64,000 nt of DNA from Pseudomonadota bacterium (GTDB lineage: Bacteria > Bdellovibrionota_B > Oligoflexia > Oligoflexales > CAIYRB01). Of the stretch, positions 9,672 to 20,312 are shown piece after piece. The notes below the pieces were generated by a model that saw nothing but the letters and a program-made list of their open reading frames with translations, ran no database searches and was not told the origin of the DNA. The stretch spans positions 606 to 64,605 of the forward strand of contig JAPLFY010000105.1 of the NCBI GenBank assembly GCA_026390435.1, read 5' to 3'. Each line of letters opens with the position of its first letter. Within the stretch, counting starts at the first letter, position 1. The position numbers and the translations under genes were made by a program.

Positions 9672-10297
9672 AGGTGTGTCGTAAAGTTCCACTTTTTAGA
9701 CTGATATTTTTCGCTCAGTTGCTGGGTATTGGGCACTCAGCGTTGGCAGCCGAACAACTTTTAGTAGTGGACGCGGTTGCAAGTGAAATTCGATGGGGTG
9801 GGCGAAAACTGACCGGCCAGCACCGGGGTACCTTGAAAGTGCTGAGTGGTTCGGTCCGACTAATTAATGGAGTCCCGTTTAGTGGGTCGCTAGATGTCGA
9901 TATGCAATCGATTCAAAACACGGACATTCTAAGTGATAATTGGCGCGCAAAACTGGAAGATCATTTGAAGTCCAGTGATTTTTTTGCCGTTGAAGATTTT
10001 CCAAAGGCTCGCCTCACGCTAGTGAGGTGCACTTCGTCACGGCAGATTTCGTCCCAAATTCAATGCGACTGTAGGCTGCACCTAAAGGGAAGAGAGAATC
10101 CTGTGACTGTTGTGGTCTCCAAGAAAAAGAGCGAGATATTGGGCTCGTTTACTTTTGACCGGACTAAATGGGGTGTCAATTACCGTTCTCCCAAAATCGC
10201 AAATCGAATTCTCAATCAGATTATTTACGATGAAGTTCAGGTGGATGCCTCCATTAGGTTCGTTGAGGAGAAAAGCCAAAGGTCGATCGCTGATTAG
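9668..10297 (+). CDS. YceI family lipid/polyisoprenoid-binding protein
   Basis: SEIRWGG-K..G-H-G, VDMQSI, LEDHLKSSDFF.VEDFP, FDRTKWGVNY. The GTG start overlaps the upstream stop. Confidence 0.85.
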   Translation: MKVCRKVPLFRLIFFAQLLGIGHSALAAEQLLVVDAVASEIRWGGRKLTGQHRGTLKVLSGSVRLINGVPFSGSLDVDMQSIQNTDILSDNWRAKLEDHLKSSDFFAVEDFPKARLTLVRCTSSRQISSQIQCDCRLHLKGRENPVTVVVSKKKSEILGSFTFDRTKWGVNYRSPKIANRILNQIIYDEVQVDASIRFVEEKSQRSIAD

Positions 10298-10399
10298 TGC
10301 GCTATAAAAAGTATTGTGAAAAAAATTATCAGGTAATAATAACCACCCTCCAGTTCATGGATTTTATACTTAAACCGCCTCCTAGTTGGTCCCCCCTTT

Positions 10400-10972
10400 A
10401 TGCCTCAACACGTTAAGATTTATGAGCAAGTGCTCCCGGCAGACCTTTGTGAGCGGATTATTGCGCGCTTTGAGCAAGATAAGCGCGTGGCGCCGGACCC
10501 GCAGCCGGACTACAGCACTAGGCATTACATCAATATTTCTCAGCAGATGGACTGGATGTCTATGTCCGGCGAACTCTGCCGCCATGTCAATGAGGTCGTG
10601 GGGCGCTATTTTGCTCGGCCCGACGAGTTGGCGCATGGCACCTACCATGAGTGGAGTGACGACGGGTATGTCGTGTCCCGCTACGCCGTGGGCGACACCT
10701 GCGTGCTGCATATTGACGGCCAAAGTGCAGTCGAGCCTAACAATGGGCTTCGGATTGCCACGGTTGTTTTTTACCTCAATGACGTCAGTACCGGTGGTGA
10801 GACCTCGTTCCCACTGCAAGACCTTAAAGTAGCGCCGCGCCAGGGTAGGGCAGTTGTCTTCCCCGTTGGATACACTCACCCCCATGAAGTTTTAGCGGCG
10901 ACCAGCCCCCGCTACATCATGCAGACCTGGATCACAGACCCCAACTTCCTAGTGTTGTCCGCATGTGAGTGA
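10400..10972 (+). CDS. 2OG-Fe(II) oxygenase (prolyl-hydroxylase-like)
   Basis: HID iron ligands, FYLND..GGET.FP, HPHEV, RY. Confidence 0.85.
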   Translation: MPQHVKIYEQVLPADLCERIIARFEQDKRVAPDPQPDYSTRHYINISQQMDWMSMSGELCRHVNEVVGRYFARPDELAHGTYHEWSDDGYVVSRYAVGDTCVLHIDGQSAVEPNNGLRIATVVFYLNDVSTGGETSFPLQDLKVAPRQGRAVVFPVGYTHPHEVLAATSPRYIMQTWITDPNFLVLSACE

Positions 10973-11105
10973 TTTTGGTATCAATTGCCAATAAATTAAG
11001 GTACATTGACGCGCCATTTGCCAATTAGTTCGACCGCCCCGGAGCCCTGCCGGATCGGTGTCCATGACCAGAGGGCCTGACTGGGCTCTGCAATCTGAGG
11101 AAGTA

Positions 11106-12968
11106 ATGTCTAACAATCTCCGGAACATCTGTATCATTGCTCACGTTGACCACGGTAAGACCACACTGGTGGACCATTTGCTGAAGCAAGCCGGGACCTT
11201 CCAAGCTCACGAAGCCACAGCCGATCGGATGATGGATTCGGACTCCCAGGAGCGGGAACGCGGCATCACGATCTCCGCTAAGAACGCATGCTTCTGGCTG
11301 GGCGACGTGAAGGTCAATGTTGTCGACACCCCTGGTCACGCCGACTTCGGTGGTGAAGTTGAGCGGATCATGGACATGGTCGACGGTGCCATTCTGTTAG
11401 TGGACGCCGTCGAGGGGCCCCTGCCGCAGACGCGTTTCGTGTTGCAGAAGGCCATCGAGAAAAAACTCAAAGTTATCCTATGCATCAACAAGGTCGACCG
11501 TCCCGAGGCTGTCGGCAGCACGTTGGTTGAGGAGTGCGTGGATAAGACCTTCGACTTGTTCGTAGAGTTAGGTGCTTCCGACGAGCAGTGCGATTTCCCA
11601 ATCATCTACGCCTGTGCCCGCCAAGGCTGGTGTACCAACGACCAAGCTGCCATTCCTACCTTCTTGGAAGGCGGCGGTTTGCGGACGCTGAAGCCACTTT
11701 TCGACGAGATCCTTGGCATCCCAGCGCCAGCATCAGACACCAAAGCGGAAGTGCAACTGCTGGTCTCCAACATTGCCTACTCTGACTACCTTGGACCACT
11801 CGCGCTGGGCCGCATCACTGCTGGCACCGTCCGCAAGGGTCAAGAACTGCTGCGCCACGGTGTGACTGAGAGCGGTCAGCCCACCACGAAGAAGTTTCAG
11901 GTGACGCGTCTGCTGTCCTACGAAGGGATGAAGCAAGTCGAGATCGACCAGCTAAATGCTGGTGATATCGGTTTGATTGCCGGATCGGAATACCTGGAAA
12001 TCGGTGACACACTTAGCGGCCTAGCCGGCACCGCGCTGAAACGCATCAAGGTCGAAGAACCAACGATGCGCATGATTTTCTCGATCAACACCACGCCCAA
12101 CTCCGGTCGTGAAGGCAAGGCGATTCAGTCGCGCGAGTTGCGCCAACGCCTCCTTAATGAGACTCGTAACAACGTGGCTCTGCGCCTGGAAGATACCGAC
12201 GTGCCAGATCAGTTTTACCTGCTCGGTCGCGGTGAATTGCAGTTCGGTGTTTTGATTGAGAAGATGCGCCGCGAAGGCCACGAATTCATGGTTGGTCGTC
12301 CTAACGTCCTCATGAAGGTCGAAGGCGGCGTGAAAGTGGAACCATTCGAGAAGATGACGCTGGACTTGCCGGAAGCCCACTCAGGGGACGTCACCAAGAT
12401 GTATCAGCAACGCAAGGGCACCCTGCTGTCCTACGAAGCTGCAACGTTGACTGGTAACGAAGAGCAGCGGGTCCGCTTAACCTTCGAAATCCCAACGCGC
12501 GGTATCCTAGGTACCAACTCCATGTATAAGACGGCGACCCGTGGGTCCGGTCTGATTAGTTCTGAGGCTTTGGGCTACCGTCCTAATGTTGGGATCATCG
12601 CTCACCGTCTTACTGGCAGCTTAATTGCTGATCGTACCGGCAAGACGACGGAATACGCGCTGGCCTCGGTCCAGGAGCGTGGTGTTCTCTTCATCGGTGA
12701 GGGCGTGGAAGTTTACGAAGGTATGATTATTGGTGAGTGCGCTAAGGACAACGACCTTAACGTCAACCCAATCAAACCGAAAAAACTTACCAACATGCGC
12801 ACGACTGGTTCGGACGGGATTACTAACCTCTACGGTACCAAGAAGATGAGTCTTGAGCGTTGTATTGAATGGATCGACGACGATGAGTGGATCGAAGTCA
12901 CTCCTCAGTCAGTGCGCCTGCGTAAGAAGATCTTGGCAGCCAACATGCGTGGCCTGCGTAAGACCTAA
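11106..12968 (+). CDS. typA: Translational GTPase TypA/BipA
   Basis: AHVDHGKTT, ERERGITI, DTPGHADFGGEVER, NKVD, GRGELQ, KKLTNMR, EVTP..VRLRK; RBS GAGG before ATG 11106. Confidence 0.97.
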   Translation: MSNNLRNICIIAHVDHGKTTLVDHLLKQAGTFQAHEATADRMMDSDSQERERGITISAKNACFWLGDVKVNVVDTPGHADFGGEVERIMDMVDGAILLVDAVEGPLPQTRFVLQKAIEKKLKVILCINKVDRPEAVGSTLVEECVDKTFDLFVELGASDEQCDFPIIYACARQGWCTNDQAAIPTFLEGGGLRTLKPLFDEILGIPAPASDTKAEVQLLVSNIAYSDYLGPLALGRITAGTVRKGQELLRHGVTESGQPTTKKFQVTRLLSYEGMKQVEIDQLNAGDIGLIAGSEYLEIGDTLSGLAGTALKRIKVEEPTMRMIFSINTTPNSGREGKAIQSRELRQRLLNETRNNVALRLEDTDVPDQFYLLGRGELQFGVLIEKMRREGHEFMVGRPNVLMKVEGGVKVEPFEKMTLDLPEAHSGDVTKMYQQRKGTLLSYEAATLTGNEEQRVRLTFEIPTRGILGTNSMYKTATRGSGLISSEALGYRPNVGIIAHRLTGSLIADRTGKTTEYALASVQERGVLFIGEGVEVYEGMIIGECAKDNDLNVNPIKPKKLTNMRTTGSDGITNLYGTKKMSLERCIEWIDDDEWIEVTPQSVRLRKKILAANMRGLRKT

Positions 12969-12993
12969 GTTTTAATCTCGGTACAAGCCTTGC

Positions 12994-13018
12994 AAGCCCG
13001 ACGTAAGTCGGGCTTTTT
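12994..13018 (+). terminator. Rho-independent terminator after typA
   Basis: AAGCCCGAC-GTAA-GTCGGGCTT followed by a T-run. Confidence 0.9.
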
Positions 13019-13047
13019 GCGTTAATTGCAACTGTGCGGAGGCTGAG

Positions 13048-14076
13048 ATGAGAAGGCTGTGTTGTGCGACCCTGCTATCGCTTCTTGTGATATGCGGCGT
13101 AGTGCCCGATTTGGCGCATAGTCAAGATCGTGATGATCCACTCTTTATGCTAGTGCTCGGTGACAGTGTCACTATGGGAGTATGGGCGGATGCTACGCTT
13201 GGCTCCCCTAAGCCTGAATTTTATTTAGAAAGCTTACGGGTGCAACTCCACGCAGGACTCTTTAGTCTGCTATCGGGGCGTCGGGTGAACGACCTATCGA
13301 ATGCAAAAAAATATGCCGCTATTATCGATAAAAACTTTGGCTATATTTCTCGCAAGCATTTGTCGGCTCTGATCGGAGATCAGTCGTACTCAATTCCAAG
13401 TTTACTGAAGCAGCAGCAGGGTAGGGATGTTGAGGTCCTTCCAGCAACGGTGTTGGCGGGATGCTACCAACTTGCGGATGTGGTTTTTGACAAGATTGAT
13501 CGCTTTTTCGTTGATCACAGGGGTCATAAGGACCCGGATCTTATCTTTATAAATTTTAACGCGATGGATTTCGTATTTAATTCCACCATTTCTGTGTTCG
13601 AGCAGAATGTGAAGAAAACATTGACACGACTCGCCGTTCGCTTTCCGCACAGCACAATGGTTGTCACACCACTCGTTGATGTCGTGACTTTAATAAGGAC
13701 TGCCTACGATAGGACGGCGGTGCCGGCTCGCTTTGGATTTAAGTCCCTGACTTGCTCAGATGCTTATGCGATGGTTGGCTTTGATAAAGCTGTAGGTGTG
13801 ACCTCTGCTACGCCCCCCACTGAGATCGATGTTAAACAACAAAAGTTAGCGCTGATGCAGCAGGTGCTTGACGACGAGCTCTGGGCCCTGGGTAGTCGCT
13901 CTACGAGTGAAGCTTACGAGGCATTTTCCGGCAAAGTCATCCGCGTCGGCCGGATGGATCCTCCAGACGGGCTGTGGTATCCGTATCTTGCGGCGGATTG
14001 CATCCATCCCAATGTCGAAGGTCAAAAATTGCTGGGTGCGAGTATTTGGCAAGCGCTGGAAGCTGAATATCTCTAG
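13048..14076 (+). CDS. Exported SGNH/GDSL hydrolase
   Basis: Signal peptide, VLGDSVT block I, ADCIHPN block V. Confidence 0.8.
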   Translation: MRRLCCATLLSLLVICGVVPDLAHSQDRDDPLFMLVLGDSVTMGVWADATLGSPKPEFYLESLRVQLHAGLFSLLSGRRVNDLSNAKKYAAIIDKNFGYISRKHLSALIGDQSYSIPSLLKQQQGRDVEVLPATVLAGCYQLADVVFDKIDRFFVDHRGHKDPDLIFINFNAMDFVFNSTISVFEQNVKKTLTRLAVRFPHSTMVVTPLVDVVTLIRTAYDRTAVPARFGFKSLTCSDAYAMVGFDKAVGVTSATPPTEIDVKQQKLALMQQVLDDELWALGSRSTSEAYEAFSGKVIRVGRMDPPDGLWYPYLAADCIHPNVEGQKLLGASIWQALEAEYL

Positions 14077-14148
14077 AGCTGGTGCCCCACTGCTAGCGCA
14101 TGGTAAGCTGTGGCCGCGTTAATAATTTGGACGTAGTCACGGTTCGTT

Positions 14149-15087
14149 ATGCCCGAGGAGACCGACTTGGGAAGTAGGCGTTTTAGTCGCTATAGTTGGG
14201 GTGTGTTAGCTTATACAGTTCTAGTCATTGCCTGGGGCGCATTTGTCCGCGCCAGCGGTTCGGGAGCTGGGTGTGGCGAACACTGGCCGCTTTGCAACGG
14301 GGTAGTAGTGCCCCGTTCCCCAGGCCTGGAAACCATAGTCGAGCTTAGCCACCGCCTAACCAGTGGTTTAACGCTGATTGCTGTGGCTATCATGGTGATC
14401 TGGGCTTTTCGCAAATTTCCCAAAGGCCACGCCCTGCGTCAGGGTAGTGTGCTGACGGGCATCTTTTTGGTGCTCGAGGCCGCTGTTGGCGCTGGTCTCG
14501 TTTTAGCGGCTTTAGTTAAAGACAACGCCTCGATCTTGCGCGCCGTGGTGATTAGCGCCCACTTGCTGAATACCTTCTTGCTAGTCGGCAGTATGACCTA
14601 TGTTGCGTGGTATGCCACTCGGGGGCGTTCCAGTCGCTTTCGTGTTGGGATTCGTGGTTGGCAGGTTCCGACTGTTCTAGTCGGTCTGGTTCTATTTATG
14701 ATTGTCGGTTCATCCGGTGCTATAGTTGCGCTCGGGGATACTTTGTTTCCCACTGCTACATTGACTGAGGGGCTGGCGCAGGATTTTTCTCCTACCGCGC
14801 ACTTTCTCATCCGGCTGCGAATCGTTCATCCGATCTTGGCTATGTTAACGAGTGCCTATTGGTTGGTGGTTAGCACCCTGTTGCGCAATCTCTCGCCAAA
14901 TAAAACCGTAGTTCGATTAAGCACTATGGCTGCAGGTGCGGTTGTATTTCAGGTGCTACTTGGCTGTGTTAACTTGGTTTTACTTGCACCCACTTGGATA
15001 CAGTTAGCGCATTTGATTGTGGCTGATTTGACGTGGGTGATCTTGATGATACTGAGTCTGGAAGTTTTGCACCCGGAAGAAAACTAG
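14149..15087 (+). CDS. ctaA: COX15/CtaA heme A synthase family
   Basis: GAFVRASGSGAGCGEHWPLCNG, ELSHR, conserved His residues, about 8 TM helices. Confidence 0.85.
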   Translation: MPEETDLGSRRFSRYSWGVLAYTVLVIAWGAFVRASGSGAGCGEHWPLCNGVVVPRSPGLETIVELSHRLTSGLTLIAVAIMVIWAFRKFPKGHALRQGSVLTGIFLVLEAAVGAGLVLAALVKDNASILRAVVISAHLLNTFLLVGSMTYVAWYATRGRSSRFRVGIRGWQVPTVLVGLVLFMIVGSSGAIVALGDTLFPTATLTEGLAQDFSPTAHFLIRLRIVHPILAMLTSAYWLVVSTLLRNLSPNKTVVRLSTMAAGAVVFQVLLGCVNLVLLAPTWIQLAHLIVADLTWVILMILSLEVLHPEEN

Positions 15088-15129
15088 GTCAAAAGCTGAC
15101 CTTAAAAAATTATTTGGTGAGTCTGTTCT

Positions 15130-15588
15130 ATGCTGTTTGATCCATTTTTACTTGCAGTAGTCCAGACGGCATCTTGCCTGTTTATGGCTGGGGTAATTTG
15201 GGTAGTTCAGTTGGTCCATTACCCTGCATTTCCATTCGTCGCGAAGGATCAATTTAGTGCTTTTCATACCTTCCATTCGGCCAGGATTACTTGGATTGTT
15301 GGCCCAGCTATGGGAGTTGAACTCGTCTCGGCTGGACTACTCTGTGTAGCTTTTCCGCACAATTTACTTTGGTGGTCAAACATGACGGGCGTGCTGCTTA
15401 TTTGGGCTAGCACTGTTTTTCTCAGTATTCCGCGTCATAATGCGTTGGCTTTGGGGTTTAGCTCGGCGGCGGATAGCCTGGTTCATAGCAATTGGCCGCG
15501 CACGATCATTTGGACCATCCGCAGCATTGTGCTTTGTCTAGCTTTGTTAAAGCTGGTTGGAAATCAAGGAATCGGTGCGGGATTTTAA
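15130..15588 (+). CDS. Small integral membrane protein
   Basis: Four hydrophobic segments; GVIWVVQLVHYP and NWPRT motifs. Confidence 0.7.
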   Translation: MLFDPFLLAVVQTASCLFMAGVIWVVQLVHYPAFPFVAKDQFSAFHTFHSARITWIVGPAMGVELVSAGLLCVAFPHNLLWWSNMTGVLLIWASTVFLSIPRHNALALGFSSAADSLVHSNWPRTIIWTIRSIVLCLALLKLVGNQGIGAGF

Positions 15589-16364
15589 ATTGCTCTGCTT
15601 TCTGCGCTCACTAGTACATAGTGGTATGCCTGAAGCAGACTCCGGCATAGACGTGCAGTGCCGCTAATTTGCCACCAACGTGGGTTAAGCACGACTGGCG
15701 AAAGTTGCGCAACAAATTTTTCAAATCCGCTCAGTACTTGAGTATCGAGTATCTCAATGTGGCAGTGGTCGAACCCGCCCTGCGCCAATTCGTTCGTTAA
15801 ATCGCCCTGCAAATACATGTGCTGATGATTAACGCGAGCAAGTCGCAGAGCCATGTTTAAAAGTAGTGGCACTGTTGCCTCTGGCTTGCGCATGATTGTG
15901 GTGAAAGCTAGGCGTCCACCTGGCCGCAGGGTCGCGGCGGCTAAGCTAATGAATGGACGCAGCGAGCCAAAATGATACGCAGCATCAACACTGACGACAG
16001 CGTCGTAGGCACCGCGCGGAAATGGATGGTCTTTCCAGTAATGACGCATGTCGCCAACCACCGCTATGCCAGCACTAGCTGCGCGCCGGTGATTTATCGC
16101 TGAGACACAGGATGGGCGAAACTCAACAGCATCCACTCTGGCTGCGCCGTAGCCAGAAACCCAAAGATCCAGACTGGCGCCAATGCCGCAAGCGATATCT
16201 AAGACCAGGTTACCACTTTTAAGTTGAGCGGCGTTACCAACTCTTGCCGCTAAGTGACGGCATGCTTCTTGATACGATCCCGCCTGACTCCAGTCACCCA
16301 AATTTGACCAAGGGCCAGGTTCTAGGAGGTCGATAGGAAGGTCAAAAAAATCAGGGCTAGTCAC
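15585..16364 (-). CDS. Class I SAM-dependent methyltransferase
   Basis: VLDIACGIG, YDAVVSVDAAYHF, LRPGG. Confidence 0.85.
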   Translation of the reverse strand: MTSPDFFDLPIDLLEPGPWSNLGDWSQAGSYQEACRHLAARVGNAAQLKSGNLVLDIACGIGASLDLWVSGYGAARVDAVEFRPSCVSAINHRRAASAGIAVVGDMRHYWKDHPFPRGAYDAVVSVDAAYHFGSLRPFISLAAATLRPGGRLAFTTIMRKPEATVPLLLNMALRLARVNHQHMYLQGDLTNELAQGGFDHCHIEILDTQVLSGFEKFVAQLSPVVLNPRWWQISGTARLCRSLLQAYHYVLVSAESRAI

Positions 16365-17617
16365 TTAGGATCCCAGGCAACGTTCACATTCATGAGGCGT
16401 GCTACGTTGATTGCAGATCGTACTGCGGATTCGAGCAGTGGCACTCCTGCCGATGCCCAAGCGCCGCAGAAATAAACTCTACGATCACTCTCACGATGCA
16501 GATCACTTAAAGCTTGCCAATGTTTCTCTTGTTCGGGCCGCACTACAGCCCTTTGCATGGTGACCCGGTGCATGATCTTGCTTGGATCTAAGGTTACGGT
16601 TGGATTCCAGCTCTGGAATAGGGGGGCGTCACTTTTAAGTGACGGCTCTATGGGGTTAACCCACACCGTGAACATGTCCTGTTTAAAGTCCTTGTCCATG
16701 CGGTAGTTTAAGGGCGCCCAGTCCGACTTGCGTTCGGGCATGCAGCTTGCATCGGTGTGGACTACCAGCTCTCCTTGGTCAAAGACAAAATGTTTGAGAA
16801 TATTCTGTTCTCGCGCGTAGGTTTCTGTGGCAAGGAAATCCATATGATTCGCTTGGGCCGCAATGACTACGCGGGCAAATTCGCCTTTTTCACCGCGTGC
16901 GTTGGTGATGGTGACACCGCTGCTGTTTTGGGTCAAAGAGACCACAGGAGATCCTGTAATCCAGTTTAGGTCTTCAGCAAGTTTACTGACCAAGGCGCGG
17001 GTTCCGCCCTGCAAACGGCGCATGCGTGAGCCAAACAGGATGTCACGCAATAGCACCAATAAATTTGCAGCAGGATAGTCAAGCAAAAAACGCTTGCTGC
17101 AAGTCGTAATCGTGCCGAGTAGGGGGAAAATAAAACCCTGCCAGAAAATCGGGCTGTAGTTTCTCGAGGTGAAAAACTCGCTCAAAGTTTCGTGTTCTGG
17201 TGGACTATGATCCAGGTCCCGAGCCAGACGCCGTAAATCGCGTCCTATGACGATTGCGCTGCGGTTGATAAATCGCAGTGATCCCAAACTCGGGAAGAGG
17301 CGCCCGCCAACCTGGATAGTTCCAGTGCGAAACCAAGTCGAACCATCATTCCAACTAAAAGATACGGGACAATCGATGGGGAACGTTCCCACTCCGAGAG
17401 AATTACAGAGTGCGAGCACTGACTTCCAGCCAGTTTCGGTCATCACCCTGAGCGGTACATCCACCCAGCCAGCAGGCAGCATATCGACAGTCTGGGCGGC
17501 CATACCCGGATGGGCCGCTGCCTCAAACACGGTCACAGATCGTCCGGAAGCTCGCAATATGTGCGCGGCCGTCAGTCCAGCCATACCACTGCCAATCACA
17601 GCAACGTGTTCAGTCAT
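16361..17617 (-). CDS. FAD-dependent oxidoreductase (COG2907-like)
   Basis: VAVIGSGMAGL, VVHTDAS.MP..K.DW, YFCGAW...LLESAVRSA; overlaps the methyltransferase start. Confidence 0.8.
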   Translation of the reverse strand: MTEHVAVIGSGMAGLTAAHILRASGRSVTVFEAAAHPGMAAQTVDMLPAGWVDVPLRVMTETGWKSVLALCNSLGVGTFPIDCPVSFSWNDGSTWFRTGTIQVGGRLFPSLGSLRFINRSAIVIGRDLRRLARDLDHSPPEHETLSEFFTSRNYSPIFWQGFIFPLLGTITTCSKRFLLDYPAANLLVLLRDILFGSRMRRLQGGTRALVSKLAEDLNWITGSPVVSLTQNSSGVTITNARGEKGEFARVVIAAQANHMDFLATETYAREQNILKHFVFDQGELVVHTDASCMPERKSDWAPLNYRMDKDFKQDMFTVWVNPIEPSLKSDAPLFQSWNPTVTLDPSKIMHRVTMQRAVVRPEQEKHWQALSDLHRESDRRVYFCGAWASAGVPLLESAVRSAINVARLMNVNVAWDPK

Positions 17618-17834
17618 CAGCTCGGCGCCCCCAGATTCACAACAGACTTCAGCTTAAACCAATCTAATCTAACACGACAGGACTGATGTTCCATAAGTTG
17701 GTAAATACCCCATTGCGTACTGTGAGGTAGGTCTGAGTCGTGCGGTATTCAGGTCATGTCTTAATTGGCTACGGCGCTACCATAAAATTGCCACATCGGG
17801 CAGCAAAAAATAGAGTCAATCCTCTGGTTTAAAT

Positions 17835-19220
17835 CTAGAAGCGATAAATGATCCCCACCGGGATTCCGATTTTGCGGTAAACGTAGGTGCCGGGCAGTTC
17901 GCCCGTTTTATCGATGCCGATCGACGCATAGCTGTAAGCGACACCGCTCTCGAGCAAAAGCTTAAAGTAGGGTGATGAGTTTTGTGATTTTTTATCTAAT
18001 TTGCCGCCGCGACTTAGCTGGTTGTAGTGGCTTGGCATCAAACCGATCTGCACTCCAGCCGCTATCATTGTATATGGCGTAATCGGTGCCAGACCTGCCA
18101 AAATCTCGACCAGGTTGACGGTACCAAATCCGACTAATGGAGTGTCGCCGCGAGAACCGGGGCCTATGCTTGAGGGCTCGTAGCGAAATCCGAGCAGTAA
18201 ATTCAGGTTTGGCATCATGTTTACCAGGGTGCCTGTGCGGACACTGAGGGTGTCATGCAAATCCTGAGTTCCTTTTTTTAAGGTGACTAGGGAGAAGCTA
18301 ACTTGTGATTTGTCTGCCCTCGTATAGCGGACGTCTGCTAATAGTCGTATCCGTGGGCTAATAGCTATCTGTGAGCCCAATAATACCGAGCTCAAGGTCT
18401 GGAAAGCTTGTGATTTTGAACCATCGCGTTGCGCCGGGTCCGAGGCGCTCCCACCGGCAACAAAGGGTGAACTTACGTTTAATACTTTTGAGTCTTGACT
18501 TAGCACTGTGGCGGCAAGGCCAAGCTGCAAGATGCCGGGGATAGCGACAAATCTTGCGCCCAAAACTATAGCCAATTGCCGGACGCTTCCATCAAGGTCC
18601 GCGAGGGGTGTTCCACCCGAGGATGGCACCATCTTGGCAGTGAATGATAATGCCAGAAGATTTGCGCCAATACCTAGGCCAAGTCTGTCTGAGACTCTGT
18701 AAGCGAAAGTGGCTGTGCCAATCCCTCGCACTTTTGCGGCAACGGTTAAGTCGACATAGTTCTGCGTGCCAACGACAACGACTGGGACGCGATTTTTCTT
18801 AATGTTAATCGCAACTGGTAAAGGGGGAACGAGAACGGCACCGAGGCTTATTTGGGGATTCGCACGCCAGATAAATCCAGGTTTATTGAGAGGTGTTGCG
18901 ACGCCACTATAGGTCAGTGTGGTCGGGGTGAAGTTTGGGTAGCGAATGTCTATGGAGTCACTTTTAAGGATCTCTGCTACGTAGGAAAACTGCGTATAGT
19001 CAAGGAATGCCGCATTGGCTGGATTCGCTTCGGCTGCGTCAGCGGTGGAATACGCCGCGGCTGCGTCGCCTATCAATGGATCGGCAGACGCTGTGCCAGA
19101 AACCACAAAGAGGATGACTGCGCTCATTCTTAAGATTAAACAGGAACGCAGAAATTTAGGGTGAAAGTGTCCTGCCATACCCTGTTTCAGTTGAGAAAGC
19201 ATCCTAGCTCCGGAGCACAT
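17835..19220 (-). CDS. Outer-membrane beta-barrel, FadL/OmpP1-like
   Basis: DAAAAYSTADAAEANPANAA plug-like motif, YRVSDRLGLG, C-terminal IIYRF. The true start may be a downstream Met. Confidence 0.65.
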   Translation of the reverse strand: MCSGARMLSQLKQGMAGHFHPKFLRSCLILRMSAVILFVVSGTASADPLIGDAAAAYSTADAAEANPANAAFLDYTQFSYVAEILKSDSIDIRYPNFTPTTLTYSGVATPLNKPGFIWRANPQISLGAVLVPPLPVAINIKKNRVPVVVVGTQNYVDLTVAAKVRGIGTATFAYRVSDRLGLGIGANLLALSFTAKMVPSSGGTPLADLDGSVRQLAIVLGARFVAIPGILQLGLAATVLSQDSKVLNVSSPFVAGGSASDPAQRDGSKSQAFQTLSSVLLGSQIAISPRIRLLADVRYTRADKSQVSFSLVTLKKGTQDLHDTLSVRTGTLVNMMPNLNLLLGFRYEPSSIGPGSRGDTPLVGFGTVNLVEILAGLAPITPYTMIAAGVQIGLMPSHYNQLSRGGKLDKKSQNSSPYFKLLLESGVAYSYASIGIDKTGELPGTYVYRKIGIPVGIIYRF

Positions 19221-19266
19221 AGCATTGTTGACTATAGTGATTTCGGTATCTTAGCAGGGTTTTAGC

Positions 19267-19294
19267 TCAAGTTTAATCGAAGAGTAGCCGATCC
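19267..19294 (+). promoter_or_regulatory. sigma-28-type promoter (weaker match)
   Basis: TCAAGTTT-N12-GCCGATCC upstream of 19342. Confidence 0.55.
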
Positions 19295-19341
19295 CTAGAT
19301 CATGCGGAGAGCTGCTTAGCCCGAAAGAAGGTCAAGAATCT

Positions 19342-20310
19342 GTGGTGGTTATAAACAACGGCGGTGGAATTAAGCTTTTAGCAACCGGAAGGGATCACCT
19401 ACCTAGTTGGCTGCCTCAGGCTATTTGTGGTCTGCTCTTGTCTTGCGGTGCTCCGCAAAAATCGGCCGATAAGACGCAGTCTTTATTCGACTCAACACCC
19501 AGCCTACAGACCATAGAGACATCACTCTGTAGTAGTATTGCAACTCGTGCTGAAGCGCCTACTCTTAAGGGCTTGGATTTCGATCTGCAGAACTGTCAGA
19601 GAGCTGGTCTAGGTGCGGTAGACTTCGCAAAAATTAAATCTTTTGTTTTCGTTAATGTCGATGGTACCGCTACAAGCTCCGCCATTACATCCGAGCTGCT
19701 AGCAGATCGAACTGAGGCTAAGCAACCAAACACTGATAGCACTCTATCATCGGCTGTGGATGAGGACGGCATACCATACACTAACCGGCAGATGCGGGCG
19801 CAAGTTTGGCTCAATCGCCCATTTTTGAATATGGCCGGTGGTCTGACTGATTTTATCAAAGTAAAGCAGGCTAGTGATGGTGGCGCGGTTGCATTTTCTG
19901 ACCAGTCGAAGTCGGCTTTTGCCGAGGTAGCCAAAACCGCTTTGGTTTTGACCAAAGCGCCGACTCTGGATTTAGATGGCTTTAATTTTTCCATGGATAT
20001 GCAGCTAAATGTATCGGGTTTGGTGACCGTTAGTCAGGCGCTCAAACTAGATGGAAAGATGGTTGATAATAACTTCCCGCTGGTTATTCGTTCGGTCAAG
20101 AATGCTCCGTATTCGAATTCTTTGATCCGCGATATGAAAATCGTAATGCTGATTATTCCCTACGCTAATGACGTCTACGTCGATATATTCACGGATCTTC
20201 GCGTATACAATATTGGGATGCAGGTAGTGGTGGACCAGCAGTTAAATGCTTTTTTAGGCGTGACTCTAAAGAGCATGCTGGATGCACTAATAGCGACGGG
20301 GGCTAAGTAA
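19342..20310 (+). CDS. Hypothetical lipoprotein
   Basis: Lipobox LLSC; long ORF in an operon with 20313; start uncertain. Confidence 0.65.
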   Translation: MVVINNGGGIKLLATGRDHLPSWLPQAICGLLLSCGAPQKSADKTQSLFDSTPSLQTIETSLCSSIATRAEAPTLKGLDFDLQNCQRAGLGAVDFAKIKSFVFVNVDGTATSSAITSELLADRTEAKQPNTDSTLSSAVDEDGIPYTNRQMRAQVWLNRPFLNMAGGLTDFIKVKQASDGGAVAFSDQSKSAFAEVAKTALVLTKAPTLDLDGFNFSMDMQLNVSGLVTVSQALKLDGKMVDNNFPLVIRSVKNAPYSNSLIRDMKIVMLIIPYANDVYVDIFTDLRVYNIGMQVVVDQQLNAFLGVTLKSMLDALIATGAK

Positions 20311-20312
20311 GT

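Noticed and set aside
10382-10885. Alternative ORFs overlapping the 2OG-Fe(II) oxygenase (and many similar short antisense or alternate-frame ORFs elsewhere)
   Set aside because: They have no motifs and are fully overlapped by genes with clear family signatures.
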